DNA of 64,000 nt, taken from Armatimonadota bacterium. Lineage in GTDB: Bacteria; Armatimonadota; Fimbriimonadia; Fimbriimonadales; GBS-DC. The position numbers were made by a program, and so were the translations under genes. The stretch is taken from the NCBI GenBank assembly GCA_037445735.1, contig JBBIJY010000001.1:96001-160000 (forward strand), read 5' to 3'. Below the pieces are notes generated by a model. It was not told where the DNA came from, searched no databases, and saw only the letters and a program-made list of their open reading frames with translations. Shown here piece after piece: positions 52,835 to 62,303 of this stretch (position 1 is the stretch's first letter; every line of letters starts with the position of its first letter).

Positions 52835-55800
52835 TCAATCGAGAGCGGGTTTCTGGGTGGACGCGGGCGTGACGGTCACGGTGCCGTGCCGTCGCAATTT
52901 GCCCCAGCTCTGGCGTGTGCCCGCAATGGCAGCGGCAATCGCACGCCACATCACCAGATGCAGCAGCCATCGATACGCCAGTCGCTGCCAGAACAGCCAG
53001 ATCAGCAGGCGGCGTGGCTCCCGATCCAGCCCGAACGCCAGCCACGCCATCAGCAATTCCAGGCAGTAAAACAGGCTGTAGAACAGTCCGACGCGCCCCA
53101 GCGCCGCCATCCAGTCCGCTGGCGGCGCCCAGTGGTGCAGCACCAGCCCCGCCTGCAGCCAGCCAATAGACCCATAGCCCAGCAGCCAGAACAGCTTAAG
53201 GTCAATAAAGGGTGCCACCAGCTGAAACAGCACCTGAAACAGGATTACCGAAGGCAGCAGCCACCAGCCGAACCATGCATAGCGCCCCAGTGCCCGCCGA
53301 TGCTTCCACAGGCACTGCAGGGTTCCGAAGCTCCATCGGAACCGCTGGCGCAGGAAGGCGCGGAGCGTGGTCGGCGCTTCGGTATAGGCGTGTGCCAGCG
53401 GCTCATGCTCAATGCGCCAGCCCGCCATGCGCAGCCGCCAGGTCAGATCCATATCTTCAGCCAGCGTGTCGGTCTCATAGCCGCCTGCACCCTGCACTGC
53501 CTGACGCCGCCACGCGCCCAGCGCGCCCGGCACCACCAGCACCGCGTTCAGCAGGGCGCCAGCACGCCGCTCCGCGTTCTGGCTGGTGATATACTCGATG
53601 GCTTGCCAGATCGTGAGCAGATTCTGGCGGTTGCCCACCTTAATATTGCCCGCAACCGCACCCACCTGCGGGTCCGCAAAGTGTGCCACGAGGCGCCGAA
53701 TCGCATCGGGGGCAACCTGCGTGTCGGCATCGATGCAGACCACGATTTCGCCGTGCGCATGCTGAAGAGCGCGATTGAGCGCGGCGCCTTTACCCATGTT
53801 GGGCTGACCGATTAGCCTGACGCGCGGGTCGTCGCCAAACCGTTGCTGAACAACCTGCGCCGTGCCATCCTGCGAACCGTCGTCCACCACTACCACTTCC
53901 AGTGCAGGATAATCACTATGGAGTACGGTCTCGATGGTGCGGGCGATGACAGGCTCCTCATTGTAGGCAGCAATCAACACGCTTACGAGAGGCGGCTCGA
54001 CGGGCAGACCAGGCGCCGTCAGCACGCGCCGACGCGCCTCCCACACCGCCAGCGGCACCACCCACAGCAACCGCCCCACACCCAGAATCAGACTCACATA
54101 CAGCAGCACAATCAGCGCATTTTGCCACCAGAACATCAGGGTGAACACGAGGGCATCTGCGCCCGCCAGCACGCGCTCCTTACCCGTGAGCGGCGGCATC
54201 ACCTGCTCGCGGGAGACGCCCATCAACGCCGACACAGGCACAAACCGATAGCCCCGCCGCTGCAACTCGGGAATGAGAATCTGCAGCGCTTCCACTGTTG
54301 CCGAACGGTCGCCACCACCATCATGCAGCAGGATCACATTGCCCTGACGACTGTCAAGCTGGTTCAGCACATCCTGCGCTATGTCCGCCCCAGTGCGCCG
54401 ATGCAGATGTCCCGCACCGTCCGCCCATTCCGTTTGCCAGTCGATGGGGTCGATCAGTTCGCCGATGGTGAGATAGCCCATGCGGGTGGCGATAAGAATA
54501 GGACGCACTTCGGCAGCGGTGCTGGGTTCTGCATCGGCATCATAGGGTGGTCGGAACAGGCGCGTGGCGCGTCCCAGCAGGCTCTGCAGGAGGCGTTGCG
54601 TCGCGTTCAATTCCAGCTCCGCCCGCCACTCCGATATTGCGCTCATGTTCGGATGGCTGAAGGTATGATTGCCGATTTCGTGCCCCTGCTGCCACATGCG
54701 GCGAATCAGCTCAGGATACCGCTCCGCGTTCAGTCCGATCACGAAGAAGGTCGCAGGCACATGATAGCGGCGCAGCAGATTCAGGATCAGGGGCGTGTAG
54801 CGCGGGTCAGGTCCGTCATCAAAGGTGAGCGCCACCGTGTGCGGATGGTAGCCCCATCGCTCTATCAGGTAAGGCGAGGGATAGCGCTGATAGACCACAT
54901 CGGTGCAGAGCTGCGTGCGCGCATCGATCTCCAGCGTGCGTTCACCTTTCGCCGGTGCAGAACGCAGCTGCAATATCTCCCCTTCACCATCGAACTCAAT
55001 ATCAAACGGGTAATGAATTTCGCGCAGGGTGCGGGCGTCAGGAGTCATCAAGTGCTGGCGATCCAGCAGGTTCCACACGGTGGGGTCTTCCAGCCCCAGC
55101 ACCCACAGGCTCACGCCGCGCACGCCGTAGCGCCGCGCAACCTGCCACTGATTGTAAAAGGAGATGGCATCCAGCAGCCACACCTCATGTTCGTGTCCCG
55201 CTTCATCGAGGTACTCAAAGGTGGTGTTGAGCGCGACAGGGTCGAAGTCGACCACTTTCTGGGGTGGTTCATCAGGGCGGTTGTCGCGGGCCCGCGAGAG
55301 TGCCTGCGTGAAGGACAACACTTCGGCGTCGCGCCGACCACGCTGCCAGTCATAGGCATAGTTCGCGAATCCGGCCACCACCTTCTGCGCAGGCACCTGC
55401 GTGAGCACCTGCCGCAGCAACCGATCTGTCCAGCCAATCGACGCGATGGCACCTGGCTCGCCTGACTGGTAATGCTCGTCATAGAGCATCAGCACGATGA
55501 AGTCGCTGCTTTCTGCCAGCGCACGCACAACAGAAACGGGCATCTGCGCCTCCACATCGACGCTGACCTGCAGGTGCGCCGGCGCCAGCACGCGACGCAG
55601 TCGGCGCACGAATGCCACCAGGTGCGGGTAGTCGGCAGGCGACAGCGACTCAAAATCCACATTCACGCCCTGAAAACGATTGGCAAGCAGCCAGTGGCAC
55701 AGCGATTGAGCGATGCGCCACTGGGAAGCAGGCGATTGCAGCAGTCGATGGGCACGCTGCGCGTCGAAGCCATTCGTGCCCGCGTTGCTGAACACAGGAT

Positions 55801-56359
55801 GAATCTGCAAGCCGGCGCGGTGGGCAATCGCCAGCACCTGCTGGTTGAGGGGCGCCAGCTTGATCGATGCGGGGCGCGTGTCCAGCTGTTGACCGTCAGG
55901 GGTCAGATTCAGCCACACCGGGAACAGATGGGTCAGATGGCTGGCGTTCGCCCGCAGCGTATGCAAGCCCACCTCCTGCCAGGGCGCGTAGAAGGCTGCC
56001 ACAATCGGCGCTGCAGAGGCTGACGAACGATGAGGGCGGTCACCATCCTCATGTTGACCCTGCTGGTTGCCCTGCTGTTCGACCTGAATAGCTTGCCGCT
56101 CGTGCTGAATGGCGCGGAGCAGCTGGGCGCGAGCGCGACGATAGAGGTAACGCCGTAGCGCCACACTGCGTGCCACTGGGCGCGGCAACAACGAACGGTC
56201 GCTCCAGCCCTGCCGCCATTGCGGAATGAGCGCGGGCAGCAGCAAACTCAGCACGAAAGCCGTGCCCAGCACGCCCATCAGCGCAAGCAGCACACCGCTC
56301 GCCATCTGCACCCGGCGGCGACGCCTGCCCGATGGGTCAACAAAAATCGCGCGCTGCAT
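52835..56359 (-). CDS. GH18-like + CE4 deacetylase + GT2 synthase fusion protein
   Basis: GVNVDFE; TFDDGP/HTFSH/RPPY/LLHD; DDGS, IDAD, AEDMD, QRFRW. Confidence 0.9.
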   Translation of the reverse strand: MQRAIFVDPSGRRRRRVQMASGVLLALMGVLGTAFVLSLLLPALIPQWRQGWSDRSLLPRPVARSVALRRYLYRRARAQLLRAIQHERQAIQVEQQGNQQGQHEDGDRPHRSSASAAPIVAAFYAPWQEVGLHTLRANASHLTHLFPVWLNLTPDGQQLDTRPASIKLAPLNQQVLAIAHRAGLQIHPVFSNAGTNGFDAQRAHRLLQSPASQWRIAQSLCHWLLANRFQGVNVDFESLSPADYPHLVAFVRRLRRVLAPAHLQVSVDVEAQMPVSVVRALAESSDFIVLMLYDEHYQSGEPGAIASIGWTDRLLRQVLTQVPAQKVVAGFANYAYDWQRGRRDAEVLSFTQALSRARDNRPDEPPQKVVDFDPVALNTTFEYLDEAGHEHEVWLLDAISFYNQWQVARRYGVRGVSLWVLGLEDPTVWNLLDRQHLMTPDARTLREIHYPFDIEFDGEGEILQLRSAPAKGERTLEIDARTQLCTDVVYQRYPSPYLIERWGYHPHTVALTFDDGPDPRYTPLILNLLRRYHVPATFFVIGLNAERYPELIRRMWQQGHEIGNHTFSHPNMSAISEWRAELELNATQRLLQSLLGRATRLFRPPYDADAEPSTAAEVRPILIATRMGYLTIGELIDPIDWQTEWADGAGHLHRRTGADIAQDVLNQLDSRQGNVILLHDGGGDRSATVEALQILIPELQRRGYRFVPVSALMGVSREQVMPPLTGKERVLAGADALVFTLMFWWQNALIVLLYVSLILGVGRLLWVVPLAVWEARRRVLTAPGLPVEPPLVSVLIAAYNEEPVIARTIETVLHSDYPALEVVVVDDGSQDGTAQVVQQRFGDDPRVRLIGQPNMGKGAALNRALQHAHGEIVVCIDADTQVAPDAIRRLVAHFADPQVGAVAGNIKVGNRQNLLTIWQAIEYITSQNAERRAGALLNAVLVVPGALGAWRRQAVQGAGGYETDTLAEDMDLTWRLRMAGWRIEHEPLAHAYTEAPTTLRAFLRQRFRWSFGTLQCLWKHRRALGRYAWFGWWLLPSVILFQVLFQLVAPFIDLKLFWLLGYGSIGWLQAGLVLHHWAPPADWMAALGRVGLFYSLFYCLELLMAWLAFGLDREPRRLLIWLFWQRLAYRWLLHLVMWRAIAAAIAGTRQSWGKLRRHGTVTVTPASTQKPALD

Positions 56360-56373
56360 CTGCCTGAAGGATA

Positions 56374-57531
56374 TTACTCCCCTTCAGCCCGCGCCAGTTC
56401 CTGCGGGTTCAGACCCTGCAGTTCAGGCAGCACGAACAGCCCATCCTTGCGCACCAGTCGCCCATCGAAATAGATTTCGCCGCCGCCATATTCGGCACGC
56501 TGAATCACCACCAGGTCCCAGTGCACCGACGAACGGTTGCCGTTGTCCGCTTCCTGATAGGCGTTGCCCGGTGTGAAGTGGAACGAACCCGCAATCTTTT
56601 CATCGAAGAGGGTGTCGTTCATCGGGTAGAGGATGTAGGGGTTGAAGCCGAGCGACCATTCGCCGATGTAGCGGGCGCCCTCGTCGGTGTCCAGAATGGC
56701 GTTCAGCTTGCGCGGGTTGCCCGCGCCGGGGCGGTCGCCATCATCGGCGCAGGTCGCCTCCACAATCCTGCCCTGCCGCAGGCGGAACCGAATATCGCGG
56801 TAGAGGTTGCCCTCGTACACGCTGCTGGTGTTGATGGTGATCTCGCCCTCCACCGAGTCGCGCACGGGACAGGTAAAGCATTCGCCATCGGGGATGTTGC
56901 GCAAGCCGAAGCACGGCACGACGCCGATGCCCTCGATGGAGAAACGCAGATCGGTGCCCGGTCCCTTGATGTGAACCTCGCGCGTGCGCTCCATCAGCTC
57001 CACCAGCGGCTGAACTGCCCGCTCCATACGGGCATAGTCCAGCGTGCAGACCCGAAAGTAGAACTCCTCGAAGGCTTCGGTGCTCATGTTCGCCGCCTGT
57101 GCCATGCCGACAGTGGGCCAGCGCAGCACGACCCATTTCGTTCGGGGCACGCGCACCTCCTGATGGACAGGTGTCCACCACAGCTGGCGCACCAGTTTCA
57201 TCTTATCGGCGGGCACATCGGACATCTCAGCGAAGTTAGGCGTGCCGCGCAAGCCGATATAGCCCTGTACCTGCTCCATGCGGGCGCGCTCCAGCCCCGC
57301 GATGAAGCGAATCTGCTCCTCGCTGGCGTTCTGATAGAGCGCGCGCAGCACCGTGCTGCTCTTGAGCTCAACAATCGGCACGCCACCTGCCTGTGCGATG
57401 GTGCGGGCGAGCAGCGCGACGAACTCCGGCGGCATATCGAACGCTTCAATCAGCACGCGCTCACCTGGCTGAACCCGCACCGAATGGAACACCAGCACAT
57501 CCGCCAACCGTTGCCAGCGTGCGTCGATCAT
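56374..57531 (-). CDS. M29 aminopeptidase (AmpS/AmpT-like)
   Basis: NIPDGE.FT.P, DEGARYIGE, LFDEK, HWD. Confidence 0.88.
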   Translation of the reverse strand: MIDARWQRLADVLVFHSVRVQPGERVLIEAFDMPPEFVALLARTIAQAGGVPIVELKSSTVLRALYQNASEEQIRFIAGLERARMEQVQGYIGLRGTPNFAEMSDVPADKMKLVRQLWWTPVHQEVRVPRTKWVVLRWPTVGMAQAANMSTEAFEEFYFRVCTLDYARMERAVQPLVELMERTREVHIKGPGTDLRFSIEGIGVVPCFGLRNIPDGECFTCPVRDSVEGEITINTSSVYEGNLYRDIRFRLRQGRIVEATCADDGDRPGAGNPRKLNAILDTDEGARYIGEWSLGFNPYILYPMNDTLFDEKIAGSFHFTPGNAYQEADNGNRSSVHWDLVVIQRAEYGGGEIYFDGRLVRKDGLFVLPELQGLNPQELARAEGE

Positions 57532-58265
57532 AGCGTATACTCCGACACAATCTGGGTGAGTGTGGTGAAGCGGGCGTTATGCTTCTTGAGGAACAGAATG
57601 GTCTCGCGCAGTGTTTCGGTGCTGTCCTGATAGTCGTAGCCGCCGATACAGATTACAGGCGTCTGCGCCTCCAGATGATACTCCAGAATGGAGCGCACCA
57701 CATCCCAACCCTGATCCAGATAGGCAATCCTGCCGTTTGCGGTGGCTATCGGCACCATCAAAATCTTCGCTTCGCCGGGGCGGCGCAGGTCTTCGTAAGA
57801 GGGGTGATAGGGGCGCGAGGGCGCACCGCGCCAGTCCACAAACATCCTGTAGTCGGCGTCAGGCACTGCGGACGAATCGACCAGAATGCCCATATCCTCC
57901 AGATATTTCAGGTCGGGCGGGATCAGCGCGTAGCTGCCCGCGCGGAAGGCGGTCGGCTTCAGGTGCGCCTGCTTCAGCATATCCTTGCCCATCTGGATGA
58001 GTTCGCCACGCTCGCGCGGATCCTCCACATAGCGCCCATCCCTGTCCTCAAAATGCAGATGCAAACCGAACTCATGCCACGACGGGATCCGATGCAGATA
58101 CTCCCGATAATAGAGCTGCACATTGCCCATGGGGTCTTTGCCAGAGACCTGAATCATCCAGGTGATGGGGATGGTGAACTCTTCAGCCACTTTGATGTAG
58201 TCACGGGTGTAGCAGCGTGGGTAATCGGCTGCCTCACAATCCAGCGTTATCGCAACTGTCGGCAT
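57528..58265 (-). CDS. Polysaccharide deacetylase-like hypothetical protein
   Basis: ITLDCE, HEFGLHLH, FRAG, DSS. Confidence 0.6.
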   Translation of the reverse strand: MPTVAITLDCEAADYPRCYTRDYIKVAEEFTIPITWMIQVSGKDPMGNVQLYYREYLHRIPSWHEFGLHLHFEDRDGRYVEDPRERGELIQMGKDMLKQAHLKPTAFRAGSYALIPPDLKYLEDMGILVDSSAVPDADYRMFVDWRGAPSRPYHPSYEDLRRPGEAKILMVPIATANGRIAYLDQGWDVVRSILEYHLEAQTPVICIGGYDYQDSTETLRETILFLKKHNARFTTLTQIVSEYTL

Positions 58266-58352
58266 AGCGCATCACTCTCCTCCGTTTTGGTTTTTGCTCC
58301 AGATACAGGTTTCGCTCCTCGCCGATTCGATTCCTGCTTCCGCACTCAGAAT

Positions 58353-59597
58353 TCATGCGCCGAACTTCTGCTGGGCGCCCATCAGCTGGGTCAGGATGGG
58401 CACGAGGTCGCACCCGCGCAGGCGTCCCAGCCCACCCCGCATGCAGGCGCGCTCGTGGAACTGCTGCACCGTATCGCCGCGCAGGTCGGGTCCCCAGATC
58501 AGCAGTGGCACAGGGTCGCCCGAATGGTCGCGCACCGAGCAGGGCGTGGAGTGGTCAGCGGTCAGCGCGATATAGAGGTCGCGACCCGCAGAATCTAATA
58601 TAAGCCCCAGCATCGCGTCCATCCGCTCAATCACCTCCACCTTCTGGATGGGGTTGCCGTCGTGCCCGCAGATATCGGGCGCTTTAACATTGCACAGCAC
58701 AAAATCGTACGCCTGCAGCGCCTGCAGCAGCGTGCGCCCCATGCCTATCAGGTCGGAGTCGAGCCCGCCCGTGGTGCCGGGCGCGTGCAGGGTGTCCATG
58801 CCGACGAATCGGGCGATGCCGCGGATCAGCCCCGTTTCGACGACGGCGACGGCGCGAACGCCGTGCCGTTGGGGGAACGGCTCCAGATGGGGCGCGACGC
58901 CTGCCCCGCGCGGCAAAATGATGTTCGCGGGCAGCAAGCCCTGCGCCACCCGCTCCCGATTGACGGGATGGTCCTTGAGCCGCTCATAGGAGAGGCGCAC
59001 GAAGGCGTTCACCACGCGCGCCGTGCGCTGGGCGGCAGGGTCATCGGGGTCGATCGGGCGACACTCAGCGACGAACTCACCCTCGGCGTGCGGGTCCACA
59101 TCGGTGATGCGCGCGCTCAGTCCCTCGCCGCGCAGCACCAGCGCACCCCGATGCGCCACCGACTCCTTGAAAAAGCACTGCACGCCCTCGATCTCGACGC
59201 CGTTCAGCGCGGTCGCGAGCTGATCGGTGCCCTGTGTAATGCGTCCTGCACGGCGGTCAATCACGCGCCACTGCTCATCGACGGTGCTGAAGTTGCAGCG
59301 CAGGGCAATATCGCCCCCACGCACCTCCATGCCGATGCCCAGCGCCTCGAACGGACCGCGCCCTGTGTAAACTTTGTAGGGGTCGTAGCCTAAAATGGCG
59401 AGGTGCGCCGTGTCGGAGCCTGCGCGAATGCCAGGCGCAATCGGGTCCATCAGTCCGCACTCGCCCTCCCGCGCGAGGCGATCCATGCAGGGCGTATGCG
59501 CGGCTTCCAGTGGCGTGCGATGTCCCAGCTCAGCCACCGGACGATCGCCCATCCCGTCGCCGATAATCAGCAACGCTTTACGCGGCACACGGCTCAT
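58353..59597 (-). CDS. apgM: Cofactor-independent phosphoglycerate mutase, ApgM type
   Basis: GDGMGD, GSDTAH, YTGRG..EA.G, D.CGHDG, TADHSTP, HSGDPVP. Confidence 0.9.
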   Translation of the reverse strand: MSRVPRKALLIIGDGMGDRPVAELGHRTPLEAAHTPCMDRLAREGECGLMDPIAPGIRAGSDTAHLAILGYDPYKVYTGRGPFEALGIGMEVRGGDIALRCNFSTVDEQWRVIDRRAGRITQGTDQLATALNGVEIEGVQCFFKESVAHRGALVLRGEGLSARITDVDPHAEGEFVAECRPIDPDDPAAQRTARVVNAFVRLSYERLKDHPVNRERVAQGLLPANIILPRGAGVAPHLEPFPQRHGVRAVAVVETGLIRGIARFVGMDTLHAPGTTGGLDSDLIGMGRTLLQALQAYDFVLCNVKAPDICGHDGNPIQKVEVIERMDAMLGLILDSAGRDLYIALTADHSTPCSVRDHSGDPVPLLIWGPDLRGDTVQQFHERACMRGGLGRLRGCDLVPILTQLMGAQQKFGA

Positions 59598-59647
59598 GCG
59601 CGAAGTATACCTCGCATGACCTGGGCATCCTGCGCAGACACCTTCTC

Positions 59648-60529
59648 TTATGCCCGAATCACCCGCACGGGGCGCAGCAGCGGCGGCAACCAGCGGGCAA
59701 GGAGCGCGATCCGCTGCTCATCCTCCATCACCAGCACATAGCCGCCAGGCGTCCACAGCGGGTTTTCCGCCTGCACGAAGTTGCCGTTCAGCAGTCGCTC
59801 CAGATAGGGTGGCGAGGGCTTCCAGCGCGGCAGGTGCGGCAGGGCGTCCGCCGGCGGGATCAGATGCGCCGCCACCGAGTCGGCATCGGTGAACAGCTCC
59901 AGCGGCTGCGCCGCCTCCAGCGTGAAGTGCCCCACCGCGATGCGCGTGAGCTGCTTCAGGTGTGCACCTGTGCCCAGCGCGTCGCCTATATCAGATGCCA
60001 GCGTGCGTACATAGGTGCCCGCCGAACACTCTAAATAAAAAGTCGCCGTCGGGAACTCGCCTGGCTCGAAATCAAGAATCTCCAGCTGATAGATGGTGAC
60101 GGTGCGGGGCGGGCGCTCCACCTCTTTGCCCTCGCGCGCCAGCTGATAGAGCCGTTTGCCCTCGATTTTCACGGCGGAATACATCGGCGGTATCTGCTCG
60201 ATGCGCCCGATGAACCGCCGGGCAACCGCCTGCACCGCTTCGAGGGTGAGGTGCGGCGCAGGTATCTGTGAGAACACCTGCCCTTCGATGTCCTGTGTGG
60301 TGGTGCGGATGCCGAACTGAATGACGCCCCGATACTTTTTGGGCAGGGGCTGAATCACGGGGGTGAGGCGGGTGGCGCGTCCGAGGCAGAGAACCAGCAC
60401 ACCGTCCGCCATCGGGTCGAGCGTGCCCGTGTGCCCCACCTCCTTCTGGCGGGACAGTTCGCGGATGCGCTCCACCACATCGTGCGAGGTCATGCCGATG
60501 GGCTTGCAGAGGTTAAGCACGCCATCCAT
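59648..60529 (-). CDS. truB: tRNA pseudouridine-55 synthase
   Basis: GHTGTLDP, PPMYSA.K, GTYVR. Confidence 0.95.
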   Translation of the reverse strand: MDGVLNLCKPIGMTSHDVVERIRELSRQKEVGHTGTLDPMADGVLVLCLGRATRLTPVIQPLPKKYRGVIQFGIRTTTQDIEGQVFSQIPAPHLTLEAVQAVARRFIGRIEQIPPMYSAVKIEGKRLYQLAREGKEVERPPRTVTIYQLEILDFEPGEFPTATFYLECSAGTYVRTLASDIGDALGTGAHLKQLTRIAVGHFTLEAAQPLELFTDADSVAAHLIPPADALPHLPRWKPSPPYLERLLNGNFVQAENPLWTPGGYVLVMEDEQRIALLARWLPPLLRPVRVIRA

Positions 60530-61494
60530 TTCTGCACCTCCTGCAGCAGCGCCTGCTCGGCGTCAGCCAGGCTCATCTCCAGCGTGCAGCCGGCAGCGTT
60601 CTCGTGCCCGCCACCGCCGAACTGCTGGGCAATCTGTGCCACATTAATCGCGCCACGACTGCGCAGGCTCACCCGAATCTTGCGGTTAGGCGATTCGCGC
60701 AGCAGCATCGCCACCTGCACGCCGTGAATGGAGCGCACGAAGTTCACGATGCCCTCGGTCTCCTCCTCGCTGGCGCCCGCCTCTTCGAACGCGCTGCGCG
60801 GGATGACCGCCCACGCAATGCGCCCATCCGCCGTGCGCTTGAGTGTGGCGAGCGCCAGCCCCAGCAGCTTGACCGCCGAAAAGGAGCGCGTTTCGAACAC
60901 CTGCTCGTTGATCTCGCTGATGTTCGCGCCACAGCTTTGCAGATGCGCCGCGATGCGCAGGGTGCGCGGTGTGGTGTTCGGAAACTTGAAGGAGAAGGTG
61001 TCCGTCACGATGCCCGTGAGCAGGCAGGTCGCCATCTCCGGAGTGAGCGGGATGCGCAACGCCCGCAGCAGCCGATAGGCGATCTCGGCGGTGGCAGCCG
61101 CGCGCTCGTCCACCAGGCGCACATCGGCGAACGGCTCCTGCGCCACATGATGGTCAATCTGCAGGATGCGGCGGGCAGCGCGCACCAGCGGCTCGTGCCG
61201 CCCCGCCCGATTCAACTGGCTCATGTCGCACACCAGCGCGAGGTCATACACCGTGACGGGCTGCAGCTCGGTCGCCACCACCTCGCTGCCAGGCAGAAAG
61301 CGATAAATCTCAGGCACCGGGTCGTGGCACAGCAGGCGCACGGTGTGCTTGCGCAGAGCGCACAGCCCGTGATAGAGCGCCAGCCCACTGCCCAGTGTGT
61401 CGCCATCCGGGTTCAGATGGCACACCACCAGACAGGTCTCCGCCTCCATGATGAGCTGCACCGCCTGCCGCAACGGGCTAATCCGCCTCGCCAT
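60490..61494 (-). CDS. nrnA: DHH/DHHA1 phosphoesterase (oligoribonuclease/pAp phosphatase)
   Basis: HLNPDGD, IDHH, SLRS, GGGH..AAG. Confidence 0.88.
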   Translation of the reverse strand: MARRISPLRQAVQLIMEAETCLVVCHLNPDGDTLGSGLALYHGLCALRKHTVRLLCHDPVPEIYRFLPGSEVVATELQPVTVYDLALVCDMSQLNRAGRHEPLVRAARRILQIDHHVAQEPFADVRLVDERAAATAEIAYRLLRALRIPLTPEMATCLLTGIVTDTFSFKFPNTTPRTLRIAAHLQSCGANISEINEQVFETRSFSAVKLLGLALATLKRTADGRIAWAVIPRSAFEEAGASEEETEGIVNFVRSIHGVQVAMLLRESPNRKIRVSLRSRGAINVAQIAQQFGGGGHENAAGCTLEMSLADAEQALLQEVQKWMACLTSASPSA

Positions 61495-61520
61495 CACGCT
61501 TATTGTACCTGTGTTCCCGC

Positions 61521-61672
61521 TCACAACAGACCCTTATTCTGGCTGGACTCCACCACCCGCAGATTGCGCTCGAAGACCTCTAACGGGTCGAATTCCTCCA
61601 CATAGGGTGCAAAGAGGCTCAGGCAGGAACGGATATAGTCCTGTCAATCGCGGCAGTGTCCAGTGGGTTCAC
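61521..61672 (-). pseudogene. Probable internally deleted nucleotidyltransferase-like gene remnant
   Basis: GTG-NPLDTAA start joined out of frame to DYIRSCLSLFAPYVEEFDPLEVFERNL. Confidence 0.4.
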
Positions 61673-61970
61673 GCGACGGTGCCTCCAGATAGCGTCGAAA
61701 AACCGCCTGCACACGCGAAACCAGCGGTGAAGGCGTGGCGTAGCCAGACTGGTGATGGGCGCGTCCCCAGAGGGCATGATAGAGATGAAGCGGTTCCTGG
61801 GGGGTCAGCTGGCGCAACCAGTGTGCCTTCTCGCGCTCCAGCACTGCCTGCGCCTGACGGATACCTGTCAGCCAGGCACGAAACTGCTCCCCATCAACGA
61901 CAGGGCGGGGTTCCGCTTGCTCGCGCTGACGATTTGCCTCGTGTGAGTGTCGACTGGCGCCGCGCATCAC
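61644..61970 (-). CDS. Small helical hypothetical protein (possible antitoxin-like partner)
   Basis: ORF with TACAAT 7 nt before GTG; overlaps the start of the remnant. Confidence 0.5.
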   Translation of the reverse strand: MMRGASRHSHEANRQREQAEPRPVVDGEQFRAWLTGIRQAQAVLEREKAHWLRQLTPQEPLHLYHALWGRAHHQSGYATPSPLVSRVQAVFRRYLEAPSREPTGHCRD

Positions 61971-62060
61971 ATAAACGATTGTACCCCATGCGAAAAGCTT
62001 CCTCATGCACCTGCCAAACATCTGTCGAAACGGGTAAAATCTGATACGGAGGCTGTTGGA

Positions 62061-62297
62061 ATGGCACAACAGGAGCAAGAATGGCTGGTTCCCGACATGA
62101 GCTGCGAAGGGTGCGTGCGGGCAATCCAGCGGGCACTGAATGAGCTGGCAGGCGTGCAGCAGGTGACAGTTACCCTCGAAGGGAAGCGTGTGCGCGTGTT
62201 ATACGACCCGGCACAGGTGGATGACAGCGCGATTGTGAGCCGTCTGCGGCAAGCTGGGTTCAGTCCGCAACTCGCATCCCCCAGGCAAGGGGAGTGA
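62061..62297 (+). CDS. copZ: Heavy-metal chaperone (HMA domain)
   Basis: DMSCEGC motif; SD ggagg. Confidence 0.85.
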   Translation: MAQQEQEWLVPDMSCEGCVRAIQRALNELAGVQQVTVTLEGKRVRVLYDPAQVDDSAIVSRLRQAGFSPQLASPRQGE

Positions 62298-62303
62298 TGT
62301 GCA

